Source: Candidatus Hermodarchaeota archaeon
Lineage (GTDB): Archaea > Asgardarchaeota > Lokiarchaeia > Sigyniarchaeales > SOKP01
Reading direction: 5' to 3'
DNA: 60,042 bases
NCBI GenBank assembly: GCA_048885535.1
Contig: JBHLLO010000011.1
Span: forward strand, 9,483-69,524
Under the pieces are notes generated by a model that ran no database searches, was not told the DNA's origin, and saw nothing but the letters and a program-made list of their open reading frames with translations. Positions 58,753 through 60,042 of this stretch are shown piece by piece; position 1 is the first letter of the stretch; each line of letters begins with the position of its first letter. The translations under genes were made by a program, and so were the position numbers.

Positions 58753-59623
58753 ATATTCAAAAGATTATAGTGTAGATGAATTAATGACTGTTTTAATGGC
58801 AAGAGAGGTCAGAAATGATGATATTATGATCGTTGGTGTTGCTACTCCAATGGTTTGGGCCGCTTTTACTTTAGCGAAATTAACTCATGCAGCTGATGCT
58901 ATTTATCATTATATTATGGGTAATACATTCGTTTTGGAGCCTCGCCAAGTATCTCTCCTTTATCTAGAAATGAATACATCAAGAGCTTATCGATTCCAAA
59001 ATTCAGTGGAATGTACCCTTGAATCATTACCTTCCGAGAAATTGACCACAATAGAGTTTTTTAGACCTGCTCAAGTAGACCAATATGGAAACACCAATAA
59101 CATATGTATTGGGGAATGGGAAAAACCTAAAGTTCGACTTCCTGGTTGCGCTGGAATAGCTGATTTTAGCATGTTTTATTCTCGTGGTTCCTTTTTATAT
59201 ACACCACGGCATGATACAAGAACTTTTGTCCCAACTAAAAACTTATTTTTCATTTCAGGTGTAGGATTTCCAGAAGGTAAACCCTCTATATGTGGTGGTT
59301 CTGGACCTCAATGTGTAATAACAAATTTAGCATACTTAGATTTCGATGAAATGAGTAAAAGGATGAGAGTAGCTTCTGTTCATCCAAATATAGACATTGA
59401 ATTTGTAAAAGAATCTACCGGTTTTGAATTAGTTATTACTGAAGATTTAAAAATCACAACACCTCCAACAGTAAATGAAATCAAATTATTAAGAGAAAGT
59501 GTTGATCCATTAAACATTAGAAAGCTAGAGGTGCTTGCCGGAAAGGAACGGGAGGATTTATTAAATGAGATCATCCAAAAAGAGTTAAAAATGGAAATTA
59601 AGTTTCCTAAATTATTAAATTAA
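58745..59623 (+). CDS. Class I CoA-transferase beta subunit (GctB-like)
   Basis: 'AQVDQYGNTN', 'RLPGCAG', 'ITNLA' and 'SVHP...TGF'; start ATG 58745. Confidence 0.85.
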   Translation: MTEYSKDYSVDELMTVLMAREVRNDDIMIVGVATPMVWAAFTLAKLTHAADAIYHYIMGNTFVLEPRQVSLLYLEMNTSRAYRFQNSVECTLESLPSEKLTTIEFFRPAQVDQYGNTNNICIGEWEKPKVRLPGCAGIADFSMFYSRGSFLYTPRHDTRTFVPTKNLFFISGVGFPEGKPSICGGSGPQCVITNLAYLDFDEMSKRMRVASVHPNIDIEFVKESTGFELVITEDLKITTPPTVNEIKLLRESVDPLNIRKLEVLAGKEREDLLNEIIQKELKMEIKFPKLLN

Positions 59624-59654
59624 TAATACTTTAATAAAAAAAATTAAATTTAAG

Positions 59655-60042
59655 TTATTTGGGGGGTTGAATTTCATCTATTATATCACCTATCAATCGT
59701 TCGGCTTTCTTCCTCTTTTTTCGTTTCATCAAATAAATTGTAACTCCAATAATAATTACTCCACCGATACTAGATGAAACGATAATAATTATTAGCAACG
59801 TTCCATCTTGATCAATAGGTGTATGAACAACTTGTAATGACCAAAGCCATGTATTATTTGCAAATAATCTATTATCAACCTCATTTATATAAGCATTCCG
59901 AATAATATCATCATCACATATCCAAGTAATCTTTCCTCCACCATGGGATAAAGTTGCCACAATTAATTCACCATTTTTATCTCTAACTAATTTAGTTAAC
60001 CTTGATGTTGATAAATCTTCATCAATTGCAGTATAGGGATAA
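59655..60042 (-). CDS. Partial gene (5' end outside window): C-terminally anchored surface protein with GIFT/DUF4350-like tail
   Basis: Frame is open to the window edge; 'GGGKITWICDD...DNRLFANN..W' followed by a TM helix and a basic cytoplasmic tail. Confidence 0.65.
   Translation of the reverse strand, partial: YPYTAIDEDLSTSRLTKLVRDKNGELIVATLSHGGGKITWICDDDIIRNAYINEVDNRLFANNTWLWSLQVVHTPIDQDGTLLIIIIVSSSIGGVIIIGVTIYLMKRKKRKKAERLIGDIIDEIQPPK

Noticed and set aside
1014-59574. Numerous short antisense or overlapping ORFs in the track (e.g. 1014-1325, 12713-13093, 25254-25568, 35153-35479, 38404-38748, 55768-56052)
   Set aside because: They are shadows of well-supported genes on the other strand or frame, with no recognisable motifs
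1-60042. CRISPR arrays, tRNA/rRNA genes, IS elements or proviral genes
   Set aside because: No regularly spaced repeats, GC-rich structured RNA islands, transposases or integrases were seen by eye

Overview
This is a very AT-rich, gene-dense archaeal chromosomal segment. Its content (Alba, Taw2, nurA-herA-mre11-rad50, CDC48 with an HbYX tail, thiolase+DUF35, and PCI/TIR, longin-like and HeH-type domains) fits an Asgard archaeon, most likely Lokiarchaeia; this is an inference from gene content. No rRNA, tRNA, CRISPR array or mobile element was recognised. Most genes are housekeeping or fatty-acid/CoA metabolism. The standout region is 20.6-31.7 kb. An ArsR-like winged-helix domain is fused to a degenerate HdrA-MvhD, followed by MvhG-like and MvhA-like [NiFe]-hydrogenase subunits. 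The large subunit shows two hallmarks of bacterial H2-sensing hydrogenases: Gln instead of His in the L1 motif, and no C-terminal maturation peptide. The module is divergent from an operon (two TraB-like paralogues, an MtdB-like dehydrogenase, CDC48). That operon's promoter shares a 46-bp tandem palindromic site with the promoter of a third paralogue. Together these suggest an undescribed one-component H2/redox-sensing transcription system. Other notable items: likely ATA/ATC start codons, a cytoplasmic GIFT(IFT52-like)-RHH-HeH protein, a uDENN/longin-like protein, an NDT-NDT-PCI-TIR protein and an IpdAB-like CoA-transferase pair. All family calls come from reading motifs by eye; no searches were run.
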